Sequence record: SRR22947727_4435 | Reading direction: 5' to 3' (one strand) | DNA: 44,769 nt | Shown here: piece by piece, positions 19,091-29,859 of the stretch | Layout of the letters: each line of letters starts with the position of its first letter | Position numbering within the stretch: the first letter of the stretch is position 1 | Made by a program: the position numbers and the translations under genes | Notes under the pieces: model-generated | The model's database searches: none | Seen by the model: only the letters and a program-made list of their open reading frames with translations | What the model was told of the DNA's origin: nothing

Positions 19091-21418
19091 ATGCCTGGAT
19101 TGTCCACCTGGGCCGTTCGTCGACCTGTTCTCGCTCTGATCGCCTGGTTCGTCACCGTGGTGGCGATCGGAGTGCTGGGCATCGGATTCGGAGGGAACTA
19201 CAACGACAGTTTCGATCTCCCCGACACCGAATCGAAGGCGGCCACGGACTTGCTGATCGAGAGCGGGACCGACACGTCTGGACTCGAGAGCGGCGCCACA
19301 ATCGTGTGGAAGCCCTCAGAGGGGCCCGCCCTGTCCGAGGAAACGGCCACAACGATCGTTCCGATGCTGCAGGAGATGGCGGAGTTCGAGTCGATCACGT
19401 GTGTGACCAATCCTTTCGATCCCGCATCGACCGGTTTCGGATCGGACTGTCCGAGTGGGGACCAAAACGCGGCCCTCTTCGAGCTCCTCACGCCGGAAGA
19501 AATCGACATCCTCTCTAGTTCCTTCGCACCAGTAAGCCCCGATGGAACCGTCGCCTACGCCTCGGTTTCGTTCGTTGGTGATGGCACGGAGGGTCTGCCG
19601 ATGGAGGAAGCGGCCGCGATCTTGGAGTTGATCGAGGAGACGAATTCAGATTTCTTGGCGGTCGGCGCCGAAGGTCAGGTTCTCGACTTTGCCGGTGGTG
19701 AGCCCCCGAGCAGCGAGATCATCGGCGTGATCTTCGCCCTCGTCATTTTGCTGATCGCGTTTGGCTCGGTCATCGCTGCAGGATTGCCGATCCTTACGGC
19801 CATCGTGGGCGTAGGCACCGGCGTGCTGTTCGTGACCTTCGTTGCGAACTTCCTCGATGTTGCGACCTTCGCGCCGACGCTCGCGGCGATGATCGGCTTG
19901 GCCGTGGGCATCGACTACTCCCTGTTCATCCTGAACCGCTACCGACAGGGTCTATTGGAAGGCGACGATAAGCAGAAGGCAGCCCTCGTGGCTGTCAAAA
20001 CATCAGGTCGAGCGGTCGTCTTCGCCGCTTTCGCCGTCGTCGTCGGACTGCTCGGACTACTGCTCATCGGGATCAACTTCTTCATCGGCCTTTCCATCGG
20101 TGCAGCGATGACCGTGGTCATCGTGATGCTTTCCGCGGTCTGGATGCTGCCTGCATTGCTCGGACTGCTGGGCACACGGGCCCTGGGATGGCGACTGCCA
20201 TGGGGTCGCAAGCCCGGAAGCGGTCCCGCGCCCTCGAAGGGATGGTCGACGTACGCCAGGTGGCTGCAGAAGCGGCCGATACTTCCCGCGATCGGGGCAA
20301 TCGGTCTCATCGTCTTGCTGGCGATACCGGCGTTCAGCCTGCGGCAAGGATTCACCGATAACTCCGGTCGCCCCGAAGGCTCGCCCGCCAGGATCGCCTA
20401 CGACCTGCGCGCAGAGGGCTTCGGTCCCGGAGCCAGCGCTCCGTACCTCGTGGTGGTCGATCTGAGCGCGGCCACCGACCCGAATGCCTACGCGCAGATC
20501 GTCACCACGCTCAACGAAACACCCGGTGTCGCGGGCACCAACCCGAGCCCGGAAACCCTGCCGGTGATTGCCAAGATCGCCCAAGCGGCGCCGCAGGAAG
20601 CAGCGAATCCGATCCAAGTGATGGCGGTCTACGCGACGACGCCGCCCCAGGACGCCGCTACGAGCGAACTGCTCACTACCTTGCGCGAGGACGTCAATCC
20701 GGCACTGGAGCAGGCCACCGGTGCCACGATCCTGGTCGGTGGTACGGCAGCGATCACCGCCGACTTCACGACCGTGCTGGCAGACGCACTGCCGATCTTC
20801 CTGCTAGTCGTCGTCGGCCTGGGATTCCTGGCGCTGGTGGTGCTTTTCCGATCCTTGCTCGTGCCCTTCATCGGAGCAGTCACGTCGATGTTCTCCTTGG
20901 CGGCTGCCATGGGGATCTCGGTTGCCATTTTCCAGTGGGGCTGGTTCAACTCGATCCTTGGCGTCCCCGGAACCGGACCGATTCTGCCCTTTATCCCGAT
21001 CATGGTGTTCGCGATCTTGTTCGGGCTGTCGATGGACTATCAGGTCTTCCTGGTGTCGCGGATGCAAGAAGAATGGTCGAAGACCAAGGACAACGCCGAA
21101 AGCATTCGCTCAGGCCTGCGCAACTCCGGCAGGGTGGTCGTCATCGCGGCGCTGATTATGGCGGTTGTCTTTGGGGCCTTCGTTCCGTCGCCCGACGGGA
21201 TCATCAAGTTGTTCGGTGTTGCCCTCGCGTCCGCGGTGTTGATCGATGCGTTCGTGGTGCGGTTGGTTCTCGTCCCGAGCCTGATGACGATCTTCGGGAA
21301 AGCCAACTGGTGGTTGCCCGGGTGGCTGGAGCGAATCCTGCCCACCGTCACCATCGAGCCGGGCGATGAGGAAGTCGCCAACGAGGAAGAGTCACCCGAA
21401 CCCGTCGGGGCCTCCTAA
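19091..21418 (+). CDS. MMPL/RND family transporter
   Basis: GLAVGIDYSLF and FGLSMDYQVFLVSR motifs, two TM modules; AAGGAG RBS. Confidence 0.93.
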   Translation: MPGLSTWAVRRPVLALIAWFVTVVAIGVLGIGFGGNYNDSFDLPDTESKAATDLLIESGTDTSGLESGATIVWKPSEGPALSEETATTIVPMLQEMAEFESITCVTNPFDPASTGFGSDCPSGDQNAALFELLTPEEIDILSSSFAPVSPDGTVAYASVSFVGDGTEGLPMEEAAAILELIEETNSDFLAVGAEGQVLDFAGGEPPSSEIIGVIFALVILLIAFGSVIAAGLPILTAIVGVGTGVLFVTFVANFLDVATFAPTLAAMIGLAVGIDYSLFILNRYRQGLLEGDDKQKAALVAVKTSGRAVVFAAFAVVVGLLGLLLIGINFFIGLSIGAAMTVVIVMLSAVWMLPALLGLLGTRALGWRLPWGRKPGSGPAPSKGWSTYARWLQKRPILPAIGAIGLIVLLAIPAFSLRQGFTDNSGRPEGSPARIAYDLRAEGFGPGASAPYLVVVDLSAATDPNAYAQIVTTLNETPGVAGTNPSPETLPVIAKIAQAAPQEAANPIQVMAVYATTPPQDAATSELLTTLREDVNPALEQATGATILVGGTAAITADFTTVLADALPIFLLVVVGLGFLALVVLFRSLLVPFIGAVTSMFSLAAAMGISVAIFQWGWFNSILGVPGTGPILPFIPIMVFAILFGLSMDYQVFLVSRMQEEWSKTKDNAESIRSGLRNSGRVVVIAALIMAVVFGAFVPSPDGIIKLFGVALASAVLIDAFVVRLVLVPSLMTIFGKANWWLPGWLERILPTVTIEPGDEEVANEEESPEPVGAS

Positions 21419-21449
21419 CGATTGCAGCGGATGTCCAGGACCCGGACCG

Positions 21450-21824
21450 ATCCAGGTCCGGATTGGTGGAGGGCTTTCCGCTGAGGATGGACGCGATGGC
21501 CAGCCGCGCGGAGTCCACAAAACCCTCCTGCCACCCCGGCACTTGACCGTAGGTGTCACCGGCGAAATAGACGCGTCCGCGCGGCAGGTTGGTGATGCGG
21601 CGGTTAACGCCGGCCTGGTTGAGGTAGGTCTCATCGCCCCAACGGCCAACCGGACCGGGCATCTACTGGCAGGCGATGGTCATGGCATCGTCCGCGAACA
21701 TCTTGCCGGCGTAGTCGTTATGCAGCGTTTCGCCGCCGCGCAGTGCCTGGCGGATACGACGAGCTTGGCTCCATGTTCCATACCGGTAGCCGGCGTCAGT
21801 GCTCAGGTGTGAACCAGACGCCAT
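21450..21824 (-). pseudogene. C-terminal remnant of a flavin amine/L-amino-acid oxidase
   Basis: ...MTIACQ*MP... with an in-frame TAG at 21663-21665, then GRVYFAGD...GWQEG..DSA. The FAD-binding N-terminus is absent. Confidence 0.7.
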
Positions 21825-21875
21825 CGTGGTGCGGGGCTTCACCCGGCTGGGAGACTGTCTCCTAGGCTCACCCTC

Positions 21876-23315
21876 ATGGCAGCAGCGTCCGACACGGGTA
21901 TCGCCCGCACCTACGAGGTGCGCACCTATGGCTGCCAGATGAACGTTCACGACTCCGAAAGACTCTCCGGTCTTCTGGAGGACTCCGGGTTGGTCCCGGT
22001 CCTCGACGGCGAGAACGCCGACGTCATCGTCTTCAACACGTGCGCTGTCCGAGAAAACGCCGATAACCGGCTCTACGGCAACCTGTCCCACCTAGCGCCT
22101 CTAAAGCGGCAGAACCCCGATATGCAGATTGCCGTTGGCGGCTGTCTCGCACAGAAGGATCGTGGGGCCATCGTTGAGAAGTCACCCTGGGTTGATGTCG
22201 TCTTTGGAACTCACAACATCGGCTCGCTTCCGATCCTCCTGGAGCGGGCTCGGGTTCAGCAGATGGCCCAGATCGAAATCGAAGAAGCCCTCGAGGTGTT
22301 CCCGTCCGATCTGCCAACGAAGCGACAGTCAACCCATGCAGCGTGGGTATCGATCAGCGTGGGGTGCAACAACACGTGCACCTTTTGCATCGTCCCGGCC
22401 CTACGCGGTACGGAGAAGGATCGACGGCCGGGAGAGATCCTCGCGGAGATCGAAGCGCTCGTGGGCGATGGAGTCGTCGAGATCACCCTGCTGGGGCAAA
22501 ACGTCAACGCCTACGGCGTGGAGTTCGACGATCGTGGAGCCTTTGCCGATCTCTTGCGAGCGTGTGGAAACGTCGACGGTCTCGAGCGTGTGCGATTCAC
22601 CAGCCCGCACCCGCGGGACTTCACCGACGACGTCATCGACGCCATGGCGACCACGCACAACGTTATGCCAGCCCTGCACATGCCCTTGCAGTCTGGATCC
22701 GATCGAATCCTTCAGTCAATGCGGCGGTCCTACCGCAGTGATCGATTCCTGGGAATCCTCGACAAAGTTCGCGACCGAATGCCCCATGCAGCCATCACGA
22801 CGGACATCATCGTCGGCTTTCCTGGTGAGACCGAAGAGGACTTTCTTGCGACGATGGATGTCGTACGACAGGCGCGGTTTGCCAGTGCGTTCACGTTTCA
22901 GTACTCGCAGCGCCCCGGAACCCCCGCAGCCTCGATGCCTCAGCAGGTGGATCGCGATGTGGTGCAGGAGCGGTACACCCGACTGGTGGAACTGGTCAAC
23001 GAGATTGCCTGGGAAGAGAACAGGTCATTGGAGGGTGAGCCGGTAGAGGTGCTGATCGCAGGAGGCGAGGGCCGCAAGGACGAGCGGACCATGCGCGCCA
23101 GCGGTCGGGCGCGGGACAACCGACTCGTCCACATCGGGACGGAAGGCCTGGATCCGATAGTCGAAGGGGACCTGGTGACGGCGTTGGTGACCTACGCGGC
23201 CCCGCACCACCTGGTAGCCGACGAGGTTATTGATGTGTATCGACGCGAAGGGTCGCCCGGAACGTGGCTGGGTGTGCCGCTGGGGATGCCCGGAATCGGC
23301 GCCCCGGCTACATGA
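21876..23315 (+). CDS. miaB: tRNA-2-methylthio-N6-dimethylallyladenosine synthase
   Basis: [20 protein letters not shown] and RFTSPHP motifs. Confidence 0.97.
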   Translation: MAAASDTGIARTYEVRTYGCQMNVHDSERLSGLLEDSGLVPVLDGENADVIVFNTCAVRENADNRLYGNLSHLAPLKRQNPDMQIAVGGCLAQKDRGAIVEKSPWVDVVFGTHNIGSLPILLERARVQQMAQIEIEEALEVFPSDLPTKRQSTHAAWVSISVGCNNTCTFCIVPALRGTEKDRRPGEILAEIEALVGDGVVEITLLGQNVNAYGVEFDDRGAFADLLRACGNVDGLERVRFTSPHPRDFTDDVIDAMATTHNVMPALHMPLQSGSDRILQSMRRSYRSDRFLGILDKVRDRMPHAAITTDIIVGFPGETEEDFLATMDVVRQARFASAFTFQYSQRPGTPAASMPQQVDRDVVQERYTRLVELVNEIAWEENRSLEGEPVEVLIAGGEGRKDERTMRASGRARDNRLVHIGTEGLDPIVEGDLVTALVTYAAPHHLVADEVIDVYRREGSPGTWLGVPLGMPGIGAPAT

Positions 23316-24229
23316 GCCAGGCAGTTCAGCCCGCCGTCATCGCGATTGTCGGGCCCACTGCTTCCGGCAAGAGCGCCCTGGCGTTGCGTGTGGCCCAGGC
23401 CGTGGACGCAGAGATCGTCAGCACCGACTCCATGCAGGCGTATCGCGGAATGAACATCGGCACCGCCAAACCCAGCGAGGTAGACCAACGGTTGGTCCAC
23501 CACCACATGATCGACGTCTGGCCGGTCGACCAGGCCGTGAGCGTCGTGGAGTTCCGCGACATGGCGCGTCAGGCGATCGACGATGTCCGAGAGCGAGGCA
23601 AGACGGCCCTCGTCGTAGGCGGCAGTGGACTGTACGTCCGTGCCGTGCTGGAGAAACTCGATTTTCCCGGTACGGATCCAAATGCTCGAGCACGCTGGGA
23701 GACTCGATTGAGTGAGGTCGGCGCGCCCGCACTTCACGACGAACTTCACGCGATAGACCCCGATGCGGCGCAGGCCATCGAAAGAAACAACGGGCGGCGT
23801 ATTGTGCGGGCCCTCGAGGTGATCGAGTTGACGGGAGAGCCGTTCGTCGCTCGCCTGCCACCGCCGGAAGATGTCTATCCCGTGCACCGATTCGGCGTTC
23901 ACATCGATAGAGAACGCCTCGATACCCGCATCGAGGACCGAGTCGATGCCATGTGGAAAGACGGCTTCGTAGATGAAGTGCGTCGACTCGAAGCAGGCGG
24001 ATTTCGAGATGCTTCGACAGCCGCTGCTGCCCTCGGATATGGACCTGTGCTCGATTTCCTCGCCGGTGAGTACAGCGAAGAGCAGGCCCGGCAGCGCACC
24101 GTCGACGACACGCGAAAGTTCGCGCGGCGACAGCAACGCTGGTTCCTTCGTGATGAGCGCATCGAGTGGCGAGACCATGATGACGCGGACTTCGCAGACG
24201 CCATCGCCGGTTGCGTTGCGCGGCCGTAA
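23312..24229 (+). CDS. miaA: tRNA dimethylallyltransferase
   Basis: [24 protein letters not shown] and GGSGLY; ATGA overlap with miaB. Confidence 0.97.
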   Translation: MSQAVQPAVIAIVGPTASGKSALALRVAQAVDAEIVSTDSMQAYRGMNIGTAKPSEVDQRLVHHHMIDVWPVDQAVSVVEFRDMARQAIDDVRERGKTALVVGGSGLYVRAVLEKLDFPGTDPNARARWETRLSEVGAPALHDELHAIDPDAAQAIERNNGRRIVRALEVIELTGEPFVARLPPPEDVYPVHRFGVHIDRERLDTRIEDRVDAMWKDGFVDEVRRLEAGGFRDASTAAAALGYGPVLDFLAGEYSEEQARQRTVDDTRKFARRQQRWFLRDERIEWRDHDDADFADAIAGCVARP

Positions 24230-24303
24230 CGCTCGTGGCCGGCGGGAGCTGCGCGTGTGTTCCGAGGTTCGAGCGCGGCGGCACCGCGCACTAGGGTGAA
24301 CGA

Positions 24304-25164
24304 ATGACGCGCCTCGCCGATATCCCCTTCGTGAAGGGTCACGCAACGGAGAACGATTTCGTCGTCCTTCCCGACCTCGAAGGAAAGATGGAACTGTCTG
24401 CTGAGCAGGTTCGCTGGATATGCGATCGCCGCCACGGAATCGGAGCTGACGGGGTACTTCGAGTGGTTCGCTGCGCCAACGATCCGGAGTTCGCGTCCTT
24501 CGCCGACGTCGCCGAGTTCTTCATGGACTATCGGAATGCGGACGGTTCCATAGCGGAAATGTGCGGCAACGGGGCTCGGGTATTCGTTCGGTATCTGCAC
24601 GCGTCAGGCTCCCTCACGGGCCGGACGACCGTTGTGGCGACTCGTGGCGGCCTAGTGGAGGCGCACGTTCGCGGACACGAGGCCGAAGAGATCGCGATCA
24701 GCATGGGTGTTGCGACGATGCAGGACGGCGCACCGGAAGTGTCGGTGGCACTCGGTGAGCGGCGATGGGATGCGGTGGCGGTATCGGTCCCCAATCCGCA
24801 CGCCGTGGTCTTCGTGGAGTCCCTGGACGCCGATGTCGAATCCCTGGCACAGGCCCCGGTGGTGGCTCCGGCAGAGGTGTTCCCCGAAGGGGTAAACGTC
24901 GAGTTCGCCGAGCGCGTGGCACCCGGGCATGTCCGCATGCGGGTCCATGAGCGAGGCGTTGGTGAGACTCGCTCCTGCGGGACGGGTGCGTGCGCCGTGG
25001 CTTGGGTGGCGGCCTCAGAGGCTGGAGACCAGACAGGTTCTTTCCAGGTGGATGTGCCCGGGGGGACCGTGTGGGTAGACATCGAGCCGGATGGTCCGCT
25101 GATACTGCGCGGCCCGGCCGAACTGGTCGCTCGCGGCACGGTGCAGTGGCCCCGCGGCGTGTAG
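24304..25164 (+). CDS. dapF: Diaminopimelate epimerase
   Basis: EMCGNG, NPHAV and ERGVGETRSCGTG motifs. Confidence 0.97.
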   Translation: MTRLADIPFVKGHATENDFVVLPDLEGKMELSAEQVRWICDRRHGIGADGVLRVVRCANDPEFASFADVAEFFMDYRNADGSIAEMCGNGARVFVRYLHASGSLTGRTTVVATRGGLVEAHVRGHEAEEIAISMGVATMQDGAPEVSVALGERRWDAVAVSVPNPHAVVFVESLDADVESLAQAPVVAPAEVFPEGVNVEFAERVAPGHVRMRVHERGVGETRSCGTGACAVAWVAASEAGDQTGSFQVDVPGGTVWVDIEPDGPLILRGPAELVARGTVQWPRGV

Positions 25165-25171
25165 GCGGGCG

Positions 25172-26557
25172 GTGCAGGTGACCGAGCCGACGGTAGGCGA
25201 AGGGGAACTTCTCGATCGCCAGGCTCTGCGGCGCGTTGGGGGCTTATCGACCGAACTCGAGGATGTCTCGGAGGTCGAGTACCGCCGCGTCCGGCTGGAG
25301 CGGGTGCTGTTGGTCGGTGTGTGGACCTCGGGAACTTTGAGTCAAGCGGAGAGATCGCTACGAGAACTCGCACAACTCGCCGAAACCGCGGGGTCGGCCG
25401 TGGTCGGGGGAGTGGTGCAACGTCGAAACGCACCGGACCCGGCGACGTACGTGGGGTCGGGAAAGGCCAACGAATTGCGCGATCTCGTGCAGAGCAGCGG
25501 CGCGGATACGGTCATCTGCGACGGTGAACTTAGCCCAGGTCAACTGCGGACTCTCGAGGACATCGTGAAGGTCAAAGTTGTCGACCGAACGTGGCTCATC
25601 TTGGACATCTTCGCTCAGCATGCGCGCAGCCGAGAAGGTAAGGCGCAGGTCAGTCTGGCGCAGATGCAGTACCTGCTGCCCCGTCTCCGGGGATGGGGCG
25701 AGTCTTTGTCGCGGCAGGCGGGCGGACGCGCCGGTGGAGCCACCGGTGGCGTGGGAACGCGCGGACCAGGCGAGACAAAGATCGAGACGGATCGTCGCCG
25801 GATTCGGTCGCAGATGGCCAAGATCCGAGCGCAATTGCGCACCATGGATCGCACCAGAGCGACCCAACGCCACGCGCGTCAGAGGTCGGGTGTTCCGATG
25901 GTCGCCCTGGCCGGTTACACCAACGCTGGGAAGTCCAGCTTGTTGAACCGGTTGACAGGATCGGGTGTGTTGGTGGACGACTCACTGTTCGCCACCCTCG
26001 ATCCGACGGTTCGCAAAGTTCGGACGCCCGGAGGTCGTGACATCACGGTGTCTGACACCGTCGGCTTCGTGCGTCATCTCCCGCACGAGCTCGTGGAAGC
26101 GTTCCGTTCGACCCTCGAGGAAATTCGCGACGCCGACGTCATCGTCCACGTCGTCGATGGGTCCGACGAAGTACCGAGGGAGCAAATCGCGGCGGTCCGG
26201 GAGGTGCTGTCGCAGATCGATGCGGGAGATGTGCCGGAGATCATCGCGATCAATAAGGCCGACGTCGCCGAGCAGAACGTCACCGCGGAGGTATTGCGCC
26301 ACGAGCCGCACGCGGTTCTTGTCTCGGCGCGCAGTGGCTTGGGCATCGGTGAATTGCTGGCTGCGATCGACGCAGACCTGCCCCGCACTCTGGTGGACGT
26401 GGATGTCGTCGTGCCCTACGAACGTGGAGATCTGTTGGCGCGGGTGTACCGGGAAGGAGATGTGGTCTCGGTAGATCACGAAGACCACGGCTCCCACCTG
26501 AAAGCCAGGGTCGCCGAGGAGCTTGCTCGCGAACTCGATTCGGTCGCCGCGGGCTAG
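25172..26557 (+). CDS. hflX: GTPase HflX
   Basis: RGPGETKIE, GYTNAGKS, DTVGF and NKAD motifs. Confidence 0.97.
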   Translation: MQVTEPTVGEGELLDRQALRRVGGLSTELEDVSEVEYRRVRLERVLLVGVWTSGTLSQAERSLRELAQLAETAGSAVVGGVVQRRNAPDPATYVGSGKANELRDLVQSSGADTVICDGELSPGQLRTLEDIVKVKVVDRTWLILDIFAQHARSREGKAQVSLAQMQYLLPRLRGWGESLSRQAGGRAGGATGGVGTRGPGETKIETDRRRIRSQMAKIRAQLRTMDRTRATQRHARQRSGVPMVALAGYTNAGKSSLLNRLTGSGVLVDDSLFATLDPTVRKVRTPGGRDITVSDTVGFVRHLPHELVEAFRSTLEEIRDADVIVHVVDGSDEVPREQIAAVREVLSQIDAGDVPEIIAINKADVAEQNVTAEVLRHEPHAVLVSARSGLGIGELLAAIDADLPRTLVDVDVVVPYERGDLLARVYREGDVVSVDHEDHGSHLKARVAEELARELDSVAAG

Positions 26558-26558
26558 C

Positions 26559-28544
26559 GTGACCGATCCTGCGATGAGTGAATCGGTGTCGACGAGCCTG
26601 GAGGCGATCGTCGAGTCGATGGGTGGCCAGTCCCGAAACGGTCAGCGTGAAATGGCCGAGGCGGTGATGGAGGCCTTTTCCGTCGGCGACAACATCGTCG
26701 TCCAGGCAGGCACGGGCACAGGTAAGTCCCTCGCCTACCTCGTGCCCGCGGCTCGGATGGCCCGCGAGACGGGGCCTGTGGTGATCGCGACGGCAACCCT
26801 TGCCTTGCAGCGCCAACTGATCGAGCGGGAATTACCCCGCCTGGCCGAGGCTGGCGGGGACCTGTCCTGGGCGGTGTTGAAGGGGCGTCAAAACTACGTA
26901 TGCCGGCAACGAATGGGCGAGGCCGACGGTCAAGAGTCGCTCATCTCGCAGGAGCAGATCGGCTCACGGCCCCGGGGCTCGCTGGAAGAACAAGCGGTGA
27001 TGGTTCACGAGTGGGCGGCGCACACCGAGACCGGTGACAGAGATGATCTCGATGCCGAGATTGACTCTCGAGTGTGGCGAGCCGTGTCGGTGTCGTCGGC
27101 CGAATGCGTGGGCGAGAGCCGGTGCGCGTTCGGTGACGAGTGCTTCTCGGCCCAGGCGCGGGCCCGGGCGATGGAGGCGGACATCGTCGTGACGAATCAC
27201 GCCCTGCTCGCGATTGACGCCATCGAGGGTGTTCCGGTGTTGCCCGATCGATCGGCCCTCGTTGTCGACGAAGCGCACGAGTTGGTCGACCGGATAACCA
27301 GTGCCGTCACCGGTGAGTTGTCGGTTTCCTCCCTCGAGCGATTTGTCGGCGAAGCCGCTCGAGTGAGCGACGATCGGGGCTCACTGGCGGACGCGGTCGA
27401 TGATGTGGCGATCGCTCTCGACGAGCTCGCGGAGGCGGATACGAACACCTCGGGCCGGATCACGGCGTGGACGCCAGCCCTGTCCTTGGCCCTCGCGCGG
27501 ATTCGGGACTCCACGCGAGCAATGGCGTCTGCGCTATCCGCCGATCTGTCCGCTACGTCGGCAACAGCCAACCAGGAGGGCACCGATGCGGCCGCCCTGC
27601 AGCGAGTCCGCGCAAGTGCCGAGGATGTTTTCGCCGTGACGGGCCGACTCCTGGCGCTATCGAATTCTGATGTCGTGTGGTGGTCGCAGGACAGTGGTCG
27701 CGGGCCGGTCCTGCGCATCGCGCCGCTGAGCGTCGGTGACGCCCTGGCCGAGTCGTTGTATCCGGAGCAACCGGTTGTCCTGACCAGTGCCACCCTGAAG
27801 GCTGGAGGGTCATTCGCCCCGACCCTGACGGCACTCGGGCTTGCGCCGGATACGACGTGCCTCGATGTCGGCTCCGGATTCGATTACGCGCAGCAGGGAA
27901 TCTTGTATGTGGCGGGCCACGTGCCGCCGCCCAATCGCGAGGGTGCATCGATGGAGGCGCTCGACGAACTCGCGGATCTCATCGAGGCTGCCGGCGGGCG
28001 GACCTTGGCGTTGTTCTCGAGTTGGAACGGTGTCGATCGGGCAGCGGACTACCTACGTGTCCGCTTGGGCTCACGACTGGACTCAGGTGACCTCGGGGCC
28101 CTGCTGGTCCAACGCCGGGGGGAATCGGTCGCACCGGTGGTCCAACGCTTTATTAGCGAGCCCCAAAGCGTCCTGGTGGGAACGGTTGCCCTCTGGCAAG
28201 GCATCGACGTGCCGGGAAACTCCCTAGTGCTGGTGACGATCGACCGTATTCCGTTTCCTCGCCCCGATGACCCGGTGATGAGCGCGCGGCAAGCCGCCGT
28301 CGATGCGGATGGACGCTCTGGTTTTCGCGAGGTAGCGCTGACCCGGGCGGCCTTGCTGCTGGCTCAGGGTGCGGGGCGACTCATTCGCTCAGAGTCTGAT
28401 CGAGGGGTGGTGGCGGTACTCGACTCGCGCATGGCGACAGCTGGTTACGGGGGAGCGTTGCGTGCGTCCTTGCCACCGTTGTGGTTCACCACCGACGGGT
28501 CGGTCGTCCGTCAGGCCCTGGTCCGGCTCAGAGATGACGAGTGA
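26559..28544 (+). CDS. dinG: DinG family ATP-dependent helicase
   Basis: QAGTGTGKS, KGRQNYVC, DEAH and QGAGRLIRS motifs. An alternative start is ATG 26574. Confidence 0.93.
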   Translation: MTDPAMSESVSTSLEAIVESMGGQSRNGQREMAEAVMEAFSVGDNIVVQAGTGTGKSLAYLVPAARMARETGPVVIATATLALQRQLIERELPRLAEAGGDLSWAVLKGRQNYVCRQRMGEADGQESLISQEQIGSRPRGSLEEQAVMVHEWAAHTETGDRDDLDAEIDSRVWRAVSVSSAECVGESRCAFGDECFSAQARARAMEADIVVTNHALLAIDAIEGVPVLPDRSALVVDEAHELVDRITSAVTGELSVSSLERFVGEAARVSDDRGSLADAVDDVAIALDELAEADTNTSGRITAWTPALSLALARIRDSTRAMASALSADLSATSATANQEGTDAAALQRVRASAEDVFAVTGRLLALSNSDVVWWSQDSGRGPVLRIAPLSVGDALAESLYPEQPVVLTSATLKAGGSFAPTLTALGLAPDTTCLDVGSGFDYAQQGILYVAGHVPPPNREGASMEALDELADLIEAAGGRTLALFSSWNGVDRAADYLRVRLGSRLDSGDLGALLVQRRGESVAPVVQRFISEPQSVLVGTVALWQGIDVPGNSLVLVTIDRIPFPRPDDPVMSARQAAVDADGRSGFREVALTRAALLLAQGAGRLIRSESDRGVVAVLDSRMATAGYGGALRASLPPLWFTTDGSVVRQALVRLRDDE

Positions 28545-28573
28545 GTCCGAGCATCGTGTGAGTGATGGAGAGC

Positions 28574-29269
28574 TCAGCGAATCCGTCGAAGGACACTGAC
28601 GACCTTGCCGAGAACGGTGGCATTGTCACCGAGGATCGGCTCGTAGGCCGGGTTGTGCGGCATGAGCCACACGTGACCGTCGCGCCGTTTGAACGTCTTG
28701 ACGGTGGCTTCGCCGTCGATCATCGCAGCGACGATGTCCCCGTTGTCACACGTTGGTTGGCTGCGAACAACAACGAAGTCGCCGTCGCAAATGGCCGCGT
28801 CGACCATTGAGTCACCGACGACCGTGAGCATGAACAATTCTCCGTCACCGACAAGATCCCGGGGCAAAGGCATGACGTCTTCGGTGTGCTGTTCGGCGAG
28901 GATGGGCCCGCCCGCGGCGATACGACCGACCAGAGGTACTGAAACGGCGCTGCTGGACGCATGCAACTCGACGTGCGAGACATCCGTAGCGGAGGAGTCG
29001 GCGGGTGTGCCCGAGGGACGTGCCACAACGAGTGCGCGAGGCCGGTGGGGGTCGCGACGCAGATAGCCCAATTCTTGGAGCGTCTTGAGTTGGTGGGCCA
29101 CCGAACTCGGGGACGTCAAACCGACACCGTGCCCAATTTCGCGGACGCTCGGCGGGTACCCCCGGTCCGCCATGGTGTCCTCGATCACCCGCAGGATGGC
29201 CTGCTGTCGGGGTGTGAGGCCTGAATTGTCAGGCTCAGCGTCGGGAAGTTCGCTGACCGTCGATGCCAT
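28574..29269 (-). CDS. lexA: SOS repressor LexA
   Basis: YPPSVREIG, cleavage site GRIAAG, GDSM and ATVK. Confidence 0.97.
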   Translation of the reverse strand: MASTVSELPDAEPDNSGLTPRQQAILRVIEDTMADRGYPPSVREIGHGVGLTSPSSVAHQLKTLQELGYLRRDPHRPRALVVARPSGTPADSSATDVSHVELHASSSAVSVPLVGRIAAGGPILAEQHTEDVMPLPRDLVGDGELFMLTVVGDSMVDAAICDGDFVVVRSQPTCDNGDIVAAMIDGEATVKTFKRRDGHVWLMPHNPAYEPILGDNATVLGKVVSVLRRIR

Positions 29270-29318
29270 GGGCCCTCCTGGGCTAGCCGAGGCGTGGGTG
29301 TCAGACCCCCACGCCAAC

Positions 29319-29443
29319 CTGTACGCGTGTTCGAAAACTACGACAGCCGCGACACGAAATCAAACACCTGTTCGATAAATGCGGGGTGTGTCGGGCTCAG
29401 CATGGTAAAAAACGAACATGTGTTCGATCGTACAGACGTTCGA
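29319..29443. promoter_or_regulatory. Four LexA boxes in the lexA/LysM divergent region
   Basis: CTGTACGCGTGTTCGA (29319), TCAAACACCTGTTCGA (29360), ACGAACATGTGTTCGA (29412) and TCGTACAGACGTTCGA (29428). Confidence 0.85.
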
Positions 29444-29474
29444 ACGAGGACTCGGCTCTAGGAAAGGCACAGCG

Positions 29475-29849
29475 ATGGAAACGCGGACTTCCCCCCGTGG
29501 CACTCGGTCACGTCATGACAGGCATCGAGTAGGCAGGAGCGATCCGGAATTGCGATTGACCAGGCGTGGTCGACTGGTGGCCTTCTCAGCGTCCGTTGCG
29601 GCCCTGGGTGCGATCGTCATCGGGGCCGGTCAGGTGGCCGGCGCGTCAGCATCAGATTCGGAGGCGTCGAATCCGCCGGTGGCTCAGGTCGTGGTGGTTC
29701 AGGCGGGTGAAACGCTGTGGGGGATAGCCCGCGAGGTGGCCCCTGGCAGCGACCCGCGGGGAGTCGTTCGGCAGATTCGTCAGATGAACGACCTCGGCAC
29801 GACACCCGTCATGCCGGGCCAGTCCATCGTCGTCCCCGTCCTCGGGTGA
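29475..29849 (+). CDS. Single-TM LysM protein (ChiZ/YneA-like SOS division inhibitor)
   Basis: LRLTRRGR, a TM helix and LysM VVQAGETLWGIA; divergent from lexA. Confidence 0.85.
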   Translation: METRTSPRGTRSRHDRHRVGRSDPELRLTRRGRLVAFSASVAALGAIVIGAGQVAGASASDSEASNPPVAQVVVVQAGETLWGIAREVAPGSDPRGVVRQIRQMNDLGTTPVMPGQSIVVPVLG

Positions 29850-29859
29850 TACTGACTAG

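Noticed and set aside
21663..21665. Stop-codon recoding (pyrrolysine) at the in-frame TAG
   Set aside because: TAG is used as a normal stop in many genes here, and the gene is also 5'-truncated, so decay is the simpler explanation.
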